DNA of 64,000 nt, from positions 64,001 to 128,000 of the forward strand of contig JAVHQC010000036.1 of NCBI GenBank assembly GCA_036170915.1. The letters run 5' to 3'. The stretch is from Cyanobacteria bacterium auto_48_18 (GTDB taxonomy: Bacteria > Cyanobacteriota > Vampirovibrionia > Obscuribacterales > Obscuribacteraceae). Shown here one piece after another: positions 38,560 through 49,005 of this stretch. Under the pieces are notes generated by a model that was not told the DNA's origin, searched no databases, and saw only the letters and a program-made list of their open reading frames with translations. Within the stretch, counting starts at the first letter, position 1, and each line of letters opens with the position of its first letter. A program made the translations under genes and the position numbers.

Positions 38560-39114
38560 CTAGCCATTAGCGTCTGTTTTTGGTATATGAGCCGAAACCA
38601 TGCTTTCTTCGCTGCGTTCAAAGGCTTCTAATTGCGACGAAGGTACATTCATGCCCGACAATTTGCTGCCGTATCCAAGAGTTACCATACGGTCTTGCAC
38701 GGCAAATATATCTTCTACATAGCGAGCAAGTGCACGACCTTGAGGCAAGATTTGTTCAACTGTGGCAGTGAGGAAATAGTCAGCCACGATGCCGCCGGCG
38801 ATGTTGGCCGTGCGCTCAGCACCCCATTGTGTAGCGAAGCGTAGACTTAGAGGGGCGCCCGGCTTAGCAATGACACTTAACCTGCGCGTGAATCCCTGGC
38901 TGTTCATATCAATTTCGCCAATCAGCTGATTGAAAGAATCGGGGCCGCTTGGCAGTTGACCTTGCATGCGACCGGCAGGTACGCCCAATTCCTGTGATAG
39001 AAGCTCTACCAGCGAGGCAAAAGATGCAACACCTTGCAAGTCAATAGTTTTTCCTGATCCGTCAAATGTCATAAACTGGTTCCACTGGTTAGATTGAACG
39101 GTTGTGTTAAACAA
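38560..39114 (-). CDS. Hypothetical protein
   Basis: 184-aa ORF; probable ATG start near 39072. Confidence 0.55.
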   Translation of the reverse strand: MFNTTVQSNQWNQFMTFDGSGKTIDLQGVASFASLVELLSQELGVPAGRMQGQLPSGPDSFNQLIGEIDMNSQGFTRRLSVIAKPGAPLSLRFATQWGAERTANIAGGIVADYFLTATVEQILPQGRALARYVEDIFAVQDRMVTLGYGSKLSGMNVPSSQLEAFERSEESMVSAHIPKTDANG

Positions 39115-39162
39115 TCCAAATGATGCCAGTTATGAGGGAATTCTTCAAGTAGAGTAGTTTTT

Positions 39163-40059
39163 ATGCAAGCAGAAATTGTCCCTGAAAAGAAAAACGGCCT
39201 GGCACTCATCCGTGAGTGGACAGAGATGATCAAACTGGAACATACGGTTTTTGCTCTGCCTTTTGCACTTTCGGGCCTGGTCCTGGCCACAAATCATCTG
39301 CCTTCATGGCACACCATAATTTTTACCATTCTAGCCTTTGTGGGCGCCCGCTCGGCTGCCATGACCCTGAACCGCTTGATTGACGCGCGCATAGACGCCG
39401 TTAATCCACGCACAAAAGACCGCTCAATCCCTGCTGGTCGCATAAAACCGGCCACTGCATTACTGTTCGCCATTGCAGCCTTCGGGCTGATGCTTGGTGC
39501 TGCCAGTCAATTGCCGCAGATTTGCTTACAACTTTCTCCCATAGCGGTTTTCTGGTTGAGTTTTTATTCATTCACCAAACGATTTACCTGGCTCTGCCAC
39601 ATTGTGCTCGGCATAGCTCTTGGTGGTGCTGCTTTAGGTGGCTGGGTGGCCGCCGCGGGCACCATTCATGGTGCGGCACCCTGGCTGCTTGCTTTTGCTG
39701 TGGCCACCTGGGTAGCTGGTTTTGATATTATCTACGCCTGTCAAGATGAAAAGTTTGACAGTGATCAGAAATTACACAGCATTCCCGCCCGGTTTGGTTT
39801 GAGCAAAGCACTGACAATTTCGAGCGCTCTTCATGTGGTCACTGTGGCAGCTCTAGTGGGTCTGGGTCTCACTGTTAAACCTGCAGCCGGAATCTTCTTC
39901 TATGGTGGTGTGGCACTTGTTACCGCAATGCTGATTTACGAGCATAGCTTGGTTAAGCCGACAGATCTTTCAAAAGTAAACGCGGCCTTTTTCACCACCA
40001 ATGGTATCGTCTCTATTGTCACGTTTTTTACTATTTTGCTTGATCGTCTCGTGCGTTGA
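39163..40059 (+). CDS. UbiA-family prenyltransferase (4-hydroxybenzoate polyprenyltransferase/MqnP-like)
   Basis: IKLEHTVFALPFA; NRLIDARID..NPRT..R.IPAG; GFDIIYACQD. Confidence 0.92.
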   Translation: MQAEIVPEKKNGLALIREWTEMIKLEHTVFALPFALSGLVLATNHLPSWHTIIFTILAFVGARSAAMTLNRLIDARIDAVNPRTKDRSIPAGRIKPATALLFAIAAFGLMLGAASQLPQICLQLSPIAVFWLSFYSFTKRFTWLCHIVLGIALGGAALGGWVAAAGTIHGAAPWLLAFAVATWVAGFDIIYACQDEKFDSDQKLHSIPARFGLSKALTISSALHVVTVAALVGLGLTVKPAAGIFFYGGVALVTAMLIYEHSLVKPTDLSKVNAAFFTTNGIVSIVTFFTILLDRLVR

Positions 40060-40066
40060 GAAGCAT

Positions 40067-42208
40067 TTACATAGCCAGCGCAAAACAATTGACTTCACCA
40101 TCTACGGTGCCCAAATACACTTTATCTTTGACGACTAAGGGCTGCGAATCGATTTGCTTGTGCAAAAATCGCTGAAAGCGCGGTTTTCCTGTTGCTGTAT
40201 CAAACCCTTCCAGCCAACCGTCTTTACTGGTGCAGATTACGCTGGCGCCCACAGTTTCAAGAGCTCCAGCTGGTGGCCCTTTAAGTGGTGCTTTCCATTT
40301 AATAGTGCCTGAGTACTTCTCACAACAATAAAGCCACTTATTTTCACTGGCAAACATCACGGAAGTGAAAACAATGACACCACTTCGAAGAATAGGGCTA
40401 TATGTCGGATACTCCCAAATTAACCGCCCGGCTTCAGCATCAAGGGCGAAATAAACACCACCCTGAGTACCAACATAGACGGTGTCCACAGAGGCTGATG
40501 GTGTACTGACGATGCGACCATCGGCTACATACTTCCAATTTAACTTGCCGGTGTGAGCGGCAATCGAATAGACATGACCGCCCCTGGTGCCAAAATATAG
40601 CGAGTCTCCATGCACACGCGGTGCGGCCACAATAGCGTCTAATGCATTGAAGTGCCATAGTCGCCTGCCTAAACGCAAATCAAGTGCGGTCACCTGCCCC
40701 TGTCGGTCGCAGACCACCACTGCCTTACCAGCAATAACCGGGCTTGCCACCACAGGTGAGGCCCCTTCCCAGCTCCAGATCATTTCTCCACTGTTTGGGT
40801 CGAGTGCCTGTGTTTTGCCACCACTATCACTTAAAAACAGTTTGCCATCGAGCAATACAGGGCTCGTCAAGATTGGTGCATCAGCATTAAAATTAAATGT
40901 GGGGCTCCCACTCTGCGCGTCAAATGCATAAAGGCGGCCGTCCGTAGAACCTACATAAATCAGTTTCTCGTCTTGACTGAGAACCGCACTGGCCGACCAG
41001 CCAATTGGTCCATGGGTGGGTGCAGTCCAGATGGCAGGCTCGCCCGAACTAGTTTTAACAGGAGTAGGCTCGCGCTCGGGCACCACTGGTTTGTCACTAA
41101 AAGTGGGCGTTGATTTGGGTGTGGTTATAAAGGAGGGCACGCCAGTGATAAATACTTCTTCGCCTCTTTCTCCCTTTTTAATCAGTGGTTGATCGCGGTT
41201 GCGAACGGCATGCTTGTCTGGCTCGAGCGGCTGTGTCACAGGCTTTGGCGCTGTGCTTGCATCTAGTAGTGCTTGCGGCGGCTCTTTCGGCTCTGGAGCA
41301 GGCGGTGTTTGTACATTTACTGTGGTGCGTGGTGAAAGACCCATACGGGCAACGCGCAACTCGAAAATCAAATCGTCCACAATGCCGAGCACATCAGTCA
41401 TCGATTTATAACGATCATCCGGTTGTTTCGCCATCATGCGCTTCACCACACGGTCAAGCACCTCTGGAATTTCAGCGTTCAATCTTTTTGCAGAAGGCAC
41501 TGGCGCGTTGGTGTGCTTCATGGCCATTTCAATCATGCCCTGGGCGCGGAACGGCAGTTGGCCGGTACACATTTCAAAAAATAAAATGCCCATGGAATAA
41601 ATATCTGAGCGGTGGTCTTGCTGCTCACCGCGACATAGCTCCGGTGACATATATGCAGGCGTGCCCATGCCTTTAGTGGCCGAATTGAGATAGACCCTTC
41701 CCACCAGCAATCGTGCCAGACCAAAATCGCCGATTTTTAAATCGCCTTCATTGGTAATAAAAATATTGTCGGCCTTGATGTCCTGGTGAACCACTCCCCT
41801 TTTGTGGGCGAACGACAGCCCGGCAGCCAGCTGTTTCATCCAGTTTAAACAGTGCTCCAGAGGCAGCGGCCCCTGGGTCACTCGGGCGGCCATATTGCCT
41901 CCAGGCAGATATTCCATAGCGACAAAGTGATGGTCGCGCCCATTCTTTGGCTCTGCGCCAATATCAAAGACAGTGACAATATTGGGGTGATCAAGCTGCG
42001 CGGCCAGCCTGGCCTCTTCTTTGAAGACGTCAACGTTCTTTTTATCTGCCATGAGGCTGGGTAGCAACATTTTAATTGCTACATCGCGCAGCAATAGCTC
42101 GTCGCGGCAGTGATAGACCACCCCCATGCCACCCACGCCAATCTCTTCAAGCACGGTGTAGTGGCCGTCCTCCAGTCGATCTCCGCGGGCAAAAATTCTT
42201 GGGGGCAT
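40067..42208 (-). CDS. Ser/Thr protein kinase with a C-terminal PQQ-like beta-propeller
   Basis: IGVGGMGVVY, VAIK, HQDIKADN, DFG, GTPAYMSPE; repeated YAxDA.TG...W units. Confidence 0.93.
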   Translation of the reverse strand: MPPRIFARGDRLEDGHYTVLEEIGVGGMGVVYHCRDELLLRDVAIKMLLPSLMADKKNVDVFKEEARLAAQLDHPNIVTVFDIGAEPKNGRDHHFVAMEYLPGGNMAARVTQGPLPLEHCLNWMKQLAAGLSFAHKRGVVHQDIKADNIFITNEGDLKIGDFGLARLLVGRVYLNSATKGMGTPAYMSPELCRGEQQDHRSDIYSMGILFFEMCTGQLPFRAQGMIEMAMKHTNAPVPSAKRLNAEIPEVLDRVVKRMMAKQPDDRYKSMTDVLGIVDDLIFELRVARMGLSPRTTVNVQTPPAPEPKEPPQALLDASTAPKPVTQPLEPDKHAVRNRDQPLIKKGERGEEVFITGVPSFITTPKSTPTFSDKPVVPEREPTPVKTSSGEPAIWTAPTHGPIGWSASAVLSQDEKLIYVGSTDGRLYAFDAQSGSPTFNFNADAPILTSPVLLDGKLFLSDSGGKTQALDPNSGEMIWSWEGASPVVASPVIAGKAVVVCDRQGQVTALDLRLGRRLWHFNALDAIVAAPRVHGDSLYFGTRGGHVYSIAAHTGKLNWKYVADGRIVSTPSASVDTVYVGTQGGVYFALDAEAGRLIWEYPTYSPILRSGVIVFTSVMFASENKWLYCCEKYSGTIKWKAPLKGPPAGALETVGASVICTSKDGWLEGFDTATGKPRFQRFLHKQIDSQPLVVKDKVYLGTVDGEVNCFALAM

Positions 42209-42288
42209 GAGTTAAAAGTATTATCTTATGGTAATCACGAGGTTGTAAGAAGGCGCTAAAATGACGCTGTTAACTTCAGGACTTTACC

Positions 42289-43338
42289 ATGAGCCAACCT
42301 GCATTAAACCAGTTTAACAGCACTTGCCCACTTCCCGGTGAAGGCGTCATGGCAAGCGCTCAGACCGAACCGCTCTCCCGCATGGCGGCTCAGGCCCATG
42401 CTGTATTGCAAGAAGAAGCCGATGCCATTTTGCGCGCCAAGAGCCGCCTCGGACCTAGCTTTGATAAAGCCCTGTCACTGTTGCTCGGCTGCAGCGGCAA
42501 AGTTGTTGTCACCGGCATGGGCAAATCAGGTCATATCGGTTGCAAGATTGCCGCCACATTTGCCTCCACAGGCACACCAGCATTTTTTGTTCATCCAGCT
42601 GAGCTGCGCCACGGCGATTTTGGCATGCTCGATGAACGCGATCTCGTCATCGCCCTTTCAAGCTCAGGCGAAACCCAGGAAATCAAACTGGTGCTCGAAC
42701 CAATTAAAAGACTGGGGCTCAAACTTATTGCTCTCACCGGAAATCTGACATCAACACTGGCAAAATATGCCGATGTGGCGATTGATGTTTCTGTTGAAAA
42801 AGAAGCCTGCCCACTCAATCTAGCGCCGACAACATCTACTACTGTGGCACTAGCCATGGGAGATGCCATGGCCATGGTGCTCATGGCAGAAAAAGGCATT
42901 GAGGCCGAAGATTTTGCCAAGAGTCACCCTGGCGGCGCCCTGGGCCAAAAACTGATTACCGTAGAAGGCATCATGCGCTACGGTTTCGATGTGCCCATAG
43001 TTTCACTTGATGCCACTCACGAAATGGTCATCGAAGAGATTGGCAAGAAAAAGTTAGGTTTCACCGCTGTCTGCGAAGACGATGGCAAATTGCGCGGTAT
43101 CATCACCGATGGTGACTTGCGCCGTTCGCTTTCTAAATATCGCGATCAGGTCTTTGACAAAAAAGCGCGCGATTTGATGACTGGCTCACCTAAGACCATA
43201 TCCTCACAATCATTGGCTGTAGAAGCATTACGCGTGATGGAAAAGTATTCGATTTCAGATATTTTAATTGTCGACGGCAATAGCAGACCAGTTGGTTTAG
43301 TCGACTTAAAAGATCTGCTGCGCGCCGGCATTATTTAA
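42289..43338 (+). CDS. kdsD: Arabinose-5-phosphate isomerase (KpsF/GutQ family, SIS plus CBS domains)
   Basis: VTGMGKSGHIG.KIAATFASTGTP; HGDFG; EACPLNLAPTTSTT; HPGG.LG; TDGDLRR. Confidence 0.93.
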   Translation: MSQPALNQFNSTCPLPGEGVMASAQTEPLSRMAAQAHAVLQEEADAILRAKSRLGPSFDKALSLLLGCSGKVVVTGMGKSGHIGCKIAATFASTGTPAFFVHPAELRHGDFGMLDERDLVIALSSSGETQEIKLVLEPIKRLGLKLIALTGNLTSTLAKYADVAIDVSVEKEACPLNLAPTTSTTVALAMGDAMAMVLMAEKGIEAEDFAKSHPGGALGQKLITVEGIMRYGFDVPIVSLDATHEMVIEEIGKKKLGFTAVCEDDGKLRGIITDGDLRRSLSKYRDQVFDKKARDLMTGSPKTISSQSLAVEALRVMEKYSISDILIVDGNSRPVGLVDLKDLLRAGII

Positions 43339-44211
43339 AAAAGCCTTTTGTTCGACTTCGCGGCGCAATAAGATTTGCTCTTTTGACGCGTCCATATTTT
43401 CATCACGATAGGGCACACGCGAACTGCTAGCCAACCTTTTGAGCTCGTCTTTCGACAAAGGCAAGATGCAGTCTCCTGAGCCGATAGTGACTGTATTGAG
43501 AGTAGATTTCACGGCCATAGTGCCACCAACCTTGCCACCTAATGCGGTGGTACGAAAAACTTTAAATCCTAGCTCCAGAAGTGCACCTCTCACTGCTGAT
43601 GCGCTGGAATAAGTGAGCATTATTCCATCATCTGCCATAAGGCGATGGTAATGTTGAAACAACTCAATAGTCCAGAGTTCTGGAACTTTTTTAGGTGAAA
43701 AGGGATCATGAAAAACAATGTCATAGCCTGCGTTCTCGCCTTGCGCATTCTGCAAAAATAAACGCAGGTCACAAACATAAATTTGAAAGCGCATGCCTGG
43801 TAGCTCTATTGTGCCACCATTGAAGTTAGCAAGATCAACTGCCTTGCTTTCGAGCAGGGCGGAAATCTCACTGAGGCATGGCTGTTTCACCACCTCAGGC
43901 ACCAGCTCAAGCACTGAGCTGTCAATTTCTATGGCGTCAATATTGAGACTTACTTTTGCATTGATTTTCTGATCTGCTTGATTATAATTAGCCAGAGCCA
44001 AGCTGTTATAACCAAGGCCAAAGCAACTATCTAAAGCTTTCAGACTACCACCAGCTGCAAGTCGCTCCTTAAAATATTGGCTTGCCGGTTGCACATAGGT
44101 AACCATCGCTTCGGTAAAGGCACCAGCGCGATTGTGATACAGTTCGTCGAGCTTGCTCTCATGCAGCGAAAACGAACCATCACTGGTGGTGGCTAGGGTA
44201 AAGTCACTCAT
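43306..44211 (-). CDS. MnmC/MnmD-like SAM-dependent methyltransferase
   Basis: T.DGS.SL...E.YH..GA..EA; LDSCFGLGYN; FHDPFSP.K.PELWT; TYS; start at ATG 44211 overlapping the upstream stop. Confidence 0.85.
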   Translation of the reverse strand: MSDFTLATTSDGSFSLHESKLDELYHNRAGAFTEAMVTYVQPASQYFKERLAAGGSLKALDSCFGLGYNSLALANYNQADQKINAKVSLNIDAIEIDSSVLELVPEVVKQPCLSEISALLESKAVDLANFNGGTIELPGMRFQIYVCDLRLFLQNAQGENAGYDIVFHDPFSPKKVPELWTIELFQHYHRLMADDGIMLTYSSASAVRGALLELGFKVFRTTALGGKVGGTMAVKSTLNTVTIGSGDCILPLSKDELKRLASSSRVPYRDENMDASKEQILLRREVEQKAFLNNAGAQQIF

Positions 44212-45205
44212 TCTCATCATTACCTGAGGGTGCCAGGTCGAGCACAATTTTGCCAAAATTTTGATTCTCTTCCATCATCTTATGAGCCTCAGCAGCATCT
44301 GACAAAGCGAATACTTTATCGACCACGGCCTTCAATTTTCCCTCACTAAAGAGAGGCAAAATTTTGCTAGCAAAAGCTTTCGTAACCTCAGATTTTTCTT
44401 CGGTTGAGCGGCCGCGCAGCGTTGTGCCTTTAACCGTTAATCTTTTAGACAACAAGGCACTGAGGTTAAAGTTGCATTTGGCACCAGCCAGCAAACCTAC
44501 TACCATAATGCGGCCTCTGCTGCGAGTACACTTTAAATCTTCGGCCACATAGTCGCCGCCCACGAGCTCCAGTACGACGTTTACGCCACCACCACTTATT
44601 TGGTTAACTGCATCGGCAAATAGGCCATCTCCTACGCAGAGGACATGATCGAAGTATTTCTTCAGCTCTTCAACTTTGCTGGCTTGCCTGACAGTGCCAA
44701 TTGAAACTGCCCCATGAGCACGAGCCATTTGTGCAGCAGCAATACCAACTCCGCTAGCCGCGGCACTAACGAGCAAATATTCATTTTCTTTCAATTGAGC
44801 CTGTAAAAACGCCGCGTCATAAGCTGTGATGAAGGCTTCAGGAATGGCAGCGGCTTCAAGCCACTGGAGAGACTCAGGCAAGTGCATAACGGTGGCACTC
44901 TCCACAGCTAAAAAATCTTGATAGGTGCCACCTGCTGCCAGACTGAAAACTCGATCACCAATTTTAAATCCGTCTGCTCTTGCCCCAATCGCTTCTACCA
45001 CTCCCGCATACTCAAGGCCTGGCACATCAGGGCTGGCACCAGTAGGGGGTGGATAATTACCTTTTCTTTGTAATACATCTGCTCTGTTAACAGCGGTGGC
45101 CTTAATTCTGACAAGAATTTCACTGTCTTTGCAATTTGGCTTAGAACGGCTCTGTAACTGCAAAACCTCTGGTCCGCCGGCAGCGGTGATAACTATTGAT
45201 CGCAA
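44204..45205 (-). CDS. NAD(P)H:quinone oxidoreductase, PIG3/zeta-crystallin family
   Basis: GGPEVL; VNRADVLQRKG.YPPP.G; PGLEYAG; IPEAFITA; KRLTV.GTTLR; NFGKIVL. Confidence 0.93.
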   Translation of the reverse strand: MRSIVITAAGGPEVLQLQSRSKPNCKDSEILVRIKATAVNRADVLQRKGNYPPPTGASPDVPGLEYAGVVEAIGARADGFKIGDRVFSLAAGGTYQDFLAVESATVMHLPESLQWLEAAAIPEAFITAYDAAFLQAQLKENEYLLVSAAASGVGIAAAQMARAHGAVSIGTVRQASKVEELKKYFDHVLCVGDGLFADAVNQISGGGVNVVLELVGGDYVAEDLKCTRSRGRIMVVGLLAGAKCNFNLSALLSKRLTVKGTTLRGRSTEEKSEVTKAFASKILPLFSEGKLKAVVDKVFALSDAAEAHKMMEENQNFGKIVLDLAPSGNDENE

Positions 45206-45313
45206 GATATTTACCCTTAACTAACACGTATAAATTCTCAACATAACAATCGAGGTCTATTGTCTCAATATTGCTCGACAAGTAGTGGTTTGCACTTGTA
45301 TTCTTATTGAGTT

Positions 45314-46267
45314 ATGAAGATGAAGACTTTAGAGAAGACCCAACGCGATACGTTTGATGCCGACGAACTCTGTCAAATGGCCTCAGTGAGCAACGGGCTC
45401 ACAAGTGACACCTCTGACGGTAACAGACCCGTCAAAGACAACTGGGACAAATTGGGAGCAGTGGCACCAATTATTTCCGGCATGTTGATATTTGTTATGG
45501 GCGGCTGGTTCACCTATACATTCAATCAACAGCAGTTGCGCTTGCAAGAAATTCAAACTATCGAAAAGTTCATTCCGCATTTGATGGGCAACGATCAAAG
45601 CAAAAGAGCCGCTATTCTTGCCATTTCGTCTCTCACTAATGCCGAACTGGCGACTAAGTTTGCCCAAATTTTCTCCAGCCCAGGTACTGTTTCAGCTCTG
45701 CAGTCACTGGCGGAAAATGGTACTGAAAAAGACAAAAGTATTGCTACAGACGCTCTGGCTCGAGCTTTGGAGAATCTTGCCGCCCGTGAGAGTCGCCTCA
45801 ATGACATTGAAGTGGCTTTCAACAAGGCCGCTTCTGAGCGCGTTTCTTCCAATACAAAAAATGATGGCCCCGGCGATCAAGTTGACGAAGCCCAGAAACT
45901 TGAGCGTTTAGCCATTGTCTGCCGTGAGAGAGGCCATTTAACGGCCGCTGAAGCACTGTTAAAACAAGCGGTGAATGTCAGATTTAAAGCCTCGGGTGAC
46001 AGCAAAGAAGTGGTCAACACATTAAAAAAATTAGCCGAAGTGCAAGTGGCTCAAGGCAACAACAACGAAGCAGAAGAAACCAGTAAGAAAGTTTCTACCC
46101 TGGAAAATAAGCTTGCTCCTGTTAAAGAGCCTGCCCCTCCTGTAATACCCGCGCCTCCAGCCGCCAAACCAGCAGTTGAAGAAAAAACAGAAAGCAAAGC
46201 TGTTACACCGGCTGCTGAAACAGTAGAAAAAGCTGCCCCTGAAGCGAAAACTGAAACTGAAAGCTGA
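45314..46267 (+). CDS. Membrane-anchored helical-repeat (HEAT/TPR-like) protein
   Basis: One TM helix; AEALLKQAV TPR-like unit; Pro/Ala-rich tail. Confidence 0.7.
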   Translation: MKMKTLEKTQRDTFDADELCQMASVSNGLTSDTSDGNRPVKDNWDKLGAVAPIISGMLIFVMGGWFTYTFNQQQLRLQEIQTIEKFIPHLMGNDQSKRAAILAISSLTNAELATKFAQIFSSPGTVSALQSLAENGTEKDKSIATDALARALENLAARESRLNDIEVAFNKAASERVSSNTKNDGPGDQVDEAQKLERLAIVCRERGHLTAAEALLKQAVNVRFKASGDSKEVVNTLKKLAEVQVAQGNNNEAEETSKKVSTLENKLAPVKEPAPPVIPAPPAAKPAVEEKTESKAVTPAAETVEKAAPEAKTETES

Positions 46268-46306
46268 AATCGAAAACTAAATCGAACAGAAATTGAAAAT
46301 CTGGGC

Positions 46307-46540
46307 TTAATTCTTGATGTATTGGTCCCAGTATTCTGTTCTTTCTTTCCAGCCGCAACTGTCATTGCCGCAAATTAAAGTCACTTTAGAACCCTTGGTT
46401 TCCAGTGCTGAATCTCCGGCGCCGTCCCAGACTGACTCAGTCATTTCCACAAATTTTTCAAACGACTTAACAGGTTTTTTGCAGGTAGGGCAAGCTATCT
46501 TGCCGTTCTCAATGGCGGTTTTAATAGTCGAAAGTGACAC
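46307..46540 (-). CDS. Small putative zinc-ribbon protein
   Basis: CPTC...CGNDSC; GGAG RBS before the GTG. Confidence 0.65.
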   Translation of the reverse strand: MSLSTIKTAIENGKIACPTCKKPVKSFEKFVEMTESVWDGAGDSALETKGSKVTLICGNDSCGWKERTEYWDQYIKN

Positions 46541-46652
46541 TTTCTCGCTCCATGGAATAAATGACAGTCAATGCCAGTATCGATAATTGTAATCCATAGA
46601 TACCGTCAATAGGTGCGATCTGACTTATGGCATCCGCGCTAAACTACTTCTT

Positions 46653-48410
46653 ATGACTAAAATAATTGCTATTGTCGCTGTGGCCTTGATGATGGCCTCG
46701 CCAGCCGCATTCATTTCTACGGCCGCCCCGGCCTTTGCCCAGGACGTAGACTTACAAACCCGTGCTAACGAGGCATTCTGGCATCATCACTATCGTAAAG
46801 CACAAAAAGATGTGCTGGAAATTCTCAAGAACGGAAAACTTTCTTGTGCTGAACGCGCTCGTTGCTTGACCAATTTATCAATCTGCGAAGCACAGTTAGA
46901 CGAAGAAGATTGTCAAAAGCATGCACAGGCAGCCTTGAAATTGGCCGATGTCAAATCGCTCACATATGCTGATGCCATGGCCATCAACGCACGCTGCTTG
47001 CTAATGAATGGCGACACTGAAAAAGCGCACAAAGCCTACGAAGAGGCAATTGCCATTGCTACTAATTTGCAGGGCGAGTGGAGCGCTGATGTAGCACCAT
47101 TTTATGAAGGTTTGGCGGCGTGTTGCATGCGTGAGAAAGATTATGCAAAAGCTGAAACTAATTACTTCAAAGTGGCTAAACTCGACCTGATTAAGTATGG
47201 CCCTAATGCAACACAGTTGGCATGGAGCTTAATGAGTCTCAATAATGCTGCCAGAGCCCTTAAGCATGATCAATTAGCATCAACAATATTCAAAAAAATG
47301 TTTTGGAATTTTCGCCACCAAAATGAATTGCGCATTTTGGAAGAGTACAAAGACGTGTCTAATAGCGAGATCTTCAAGGCATCGCTGAGAGAACAATTGT
47401 ATGGCAGCGAAGGCGCTTACGGCAATAAAGATCTTGCCCTTGATGTGATTAAGGCAGGCATTCCAGAGTCTGCCCTGGCTAGCCCAACAGTGCGTCCTAA
47501 GACTTTCGACAACTGGTTTAAAGAACGTATCGGCAGAGACCGAGCACCCGGAATGGCTTTTTTCGACCCCACCAAAAAGCTTAAAGGAATCATTGTCACA
47601 ATTCACGGTCTCGGTTTGCATGGTGGTGCGTTTACACCATTTGCAACACGCATTCAACACGACGGCATCGGAGTGATTTCATTTGATGTCCGCGGTTTCG
47701 GCAGTTACCGTAACGATGAACTGCTGCAGCAACTTGATCTGCTTTCTACGGTGGCAGATATAAAACGCATTTTGACCGAATTACGCAGCGATTATCCGAA
47801 CACTCCCTTGCTATTGTTGGGTGAATCTATGGGTGGTGCCATCGCTTTGCGCATTGCTGCAGAGGCACCACAATTAGTAGATGCAGTAATCAGCTCTGTG
47901 CCTTCAGGTTCTCGCTATCAGGCAAAAAGTACCGCACTAAAGGTTGGCTTGAAATTTCTCAATAACAAACATACCCAACTTGACCTCACCAAAGAAGTTG
48001 TAGAAAAAGCCACCTGCAAAACCGACTTACGCGATATGTGGGAAGGTGATGAGCATATGCGTATGAAATTATCGCCTTCTGAACTGGTCAACTTTCAGAA
48101 TTTCATGAGCGACAACATCAAAGCTGCTCAAAAAATTGCAAGTACACCAGTAATCATCTATCAGGGCTATAGCGATAACCTGGTTAAGCCCATGGGCACG
48201 TTAGCTATTTATCAAGCGATTCCGCAGAAAGACAAAGATCTAATATTTATTGGTCGGGCGGAACATTTGATATTTGAAGAAGGACAATTTGACGACGTTA
48301 TTTACAATGGAACACTGGGCTGGATATTCAGGCATCTTCCGGACAGAAATACAATCTCAGCCAAGTCAGACCCCTGCGATGAACCAGTCGCAAAAGACAA
48401 AAGCAAATGA
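46653..48410 (+). CDS. Exported TPR plus alpha/beta hydrolase (lysophospholipase-like)
   Basis: Signal peptide; TPRs; IHGLG; FDVRGFG; GESMGG; QG..D.LV; catalytic-position His in AEHLIFE. Confidence 0.88.
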   Translation: MTKIIAIVAVALMMASPAAFISTAAPAFAQDVDLQTRANEAFWHHHYRKAQKDVLEILKNGKLSCAERARCLTNLSICEAQLDEEDCQKHAQAALKLADVKSLTYADAMAINARCLLMNGDTEKAHKAYEEAIAIATNLQGEWSADVAPFYEGLAACCMREKDYAKAETNYFKVAKLDLIKYGPNATQLAWSLMSLNNAARALKHDQLASTIFKKMFWNFRHQNELRILEEYKDVSNSEIFKASLREQLYGSEGAYGNKDLALDVIKAGIPESALASPTVRPKTFDNWFKERIGRDRAPGMAFFDPTKKLKGIIVTIHGLGLHGGAFTPFATRIQHDGIGVISFDVRGFGSYRNDELLQQLDLLSTVADIKRILTELRSDYPNTPLLLLGESMGGAIALRIAAEAPQLVDAVISSVPSGSRYQAKSTALKVGLKFLNNKHTQLDLTKEVVEKATCKTDLRDMWEGDEHMRMKLSPSELVNFQNFMSDNIKAAQKIASTPVIIYQGYSDNLVKPMGTLAIYQAIPQKDKDLIFIGRAEHLIFEEGQFDDVIYNGTLGWIFRHLPDRNTISAKSDPCDEPVAKDKSK

Positions 48411-49000
48411 CAAATAGTAAGATATTTTTGACTCTTGTTTTGGGGCTTGTAGTACCACAGGCAGTGTCATGCCAGAACTTTCAAAATTGGTATCCTCAGT
48501 CCATTGCTTTACCGAGCGGCCATAGTTACCCATGTGCCCTGACCGCACTTCCTGCTAATCTCGAAGGCGTGCCGCCGGCCGACCGAGCCTTTATTAATCA
48601 TGTTTATGCCATGTTGCTGCAGTGCGTGCAGGCCAAAACTGTGATGATTGACACGTTGCGTGAGGGCAAAGGCGGCTTTGACCAGGCCTACGGTACTTAT
48701 TACGCTAAAACTACACAGGCTCGCCAGAAAATAATGGCCGAAGCGGTGCCCAGTGGTTTGCAAAGTTTTAGAGATGGAGTGGTCAGTGCCGTCGACCAGC
48801 AGATACTTTTTTTTGGCAAGGCAACAAAAGCCAGAGGTGCAGGCAAATCATTTCAAGAAATTATTAGCTACCCTGAGGGCCGCACTGCTTCCGGGTTGCT
48901 GATACAAGCCTGGGGTGCCATGCAGGGTCGCTATCCGAATCTTTCACCGGCTGTCAAAGACAGTACTTATCATCATCTTTGTGCTCTAGATCTGTTTTAG
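48407..49000 (+). CDS. Hypothetical exported helical protein
   Basis: Signal peptide; ATGA overlap with the upstream gene. Confidence 0.7.
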   Translation: MTNSKIFLTLVLGLVVPQAVSCQNFQNWYPQSIALPSGHSYPCALTALPANLEGVPPADRAFINHVYAMLLQCVQAKTVMIDTLREGKGGFDQAYGTYYAKTTQARQKIMAEAVPSGLQSFRDGVVSAVDQQILFFGKATKARGAGKSFQEIISYPEGRTASGLLIQAWGAMQGRYPNLSPAVKDSTYHHLCALDLF

Positions 49001-49005
49001 CCTGT

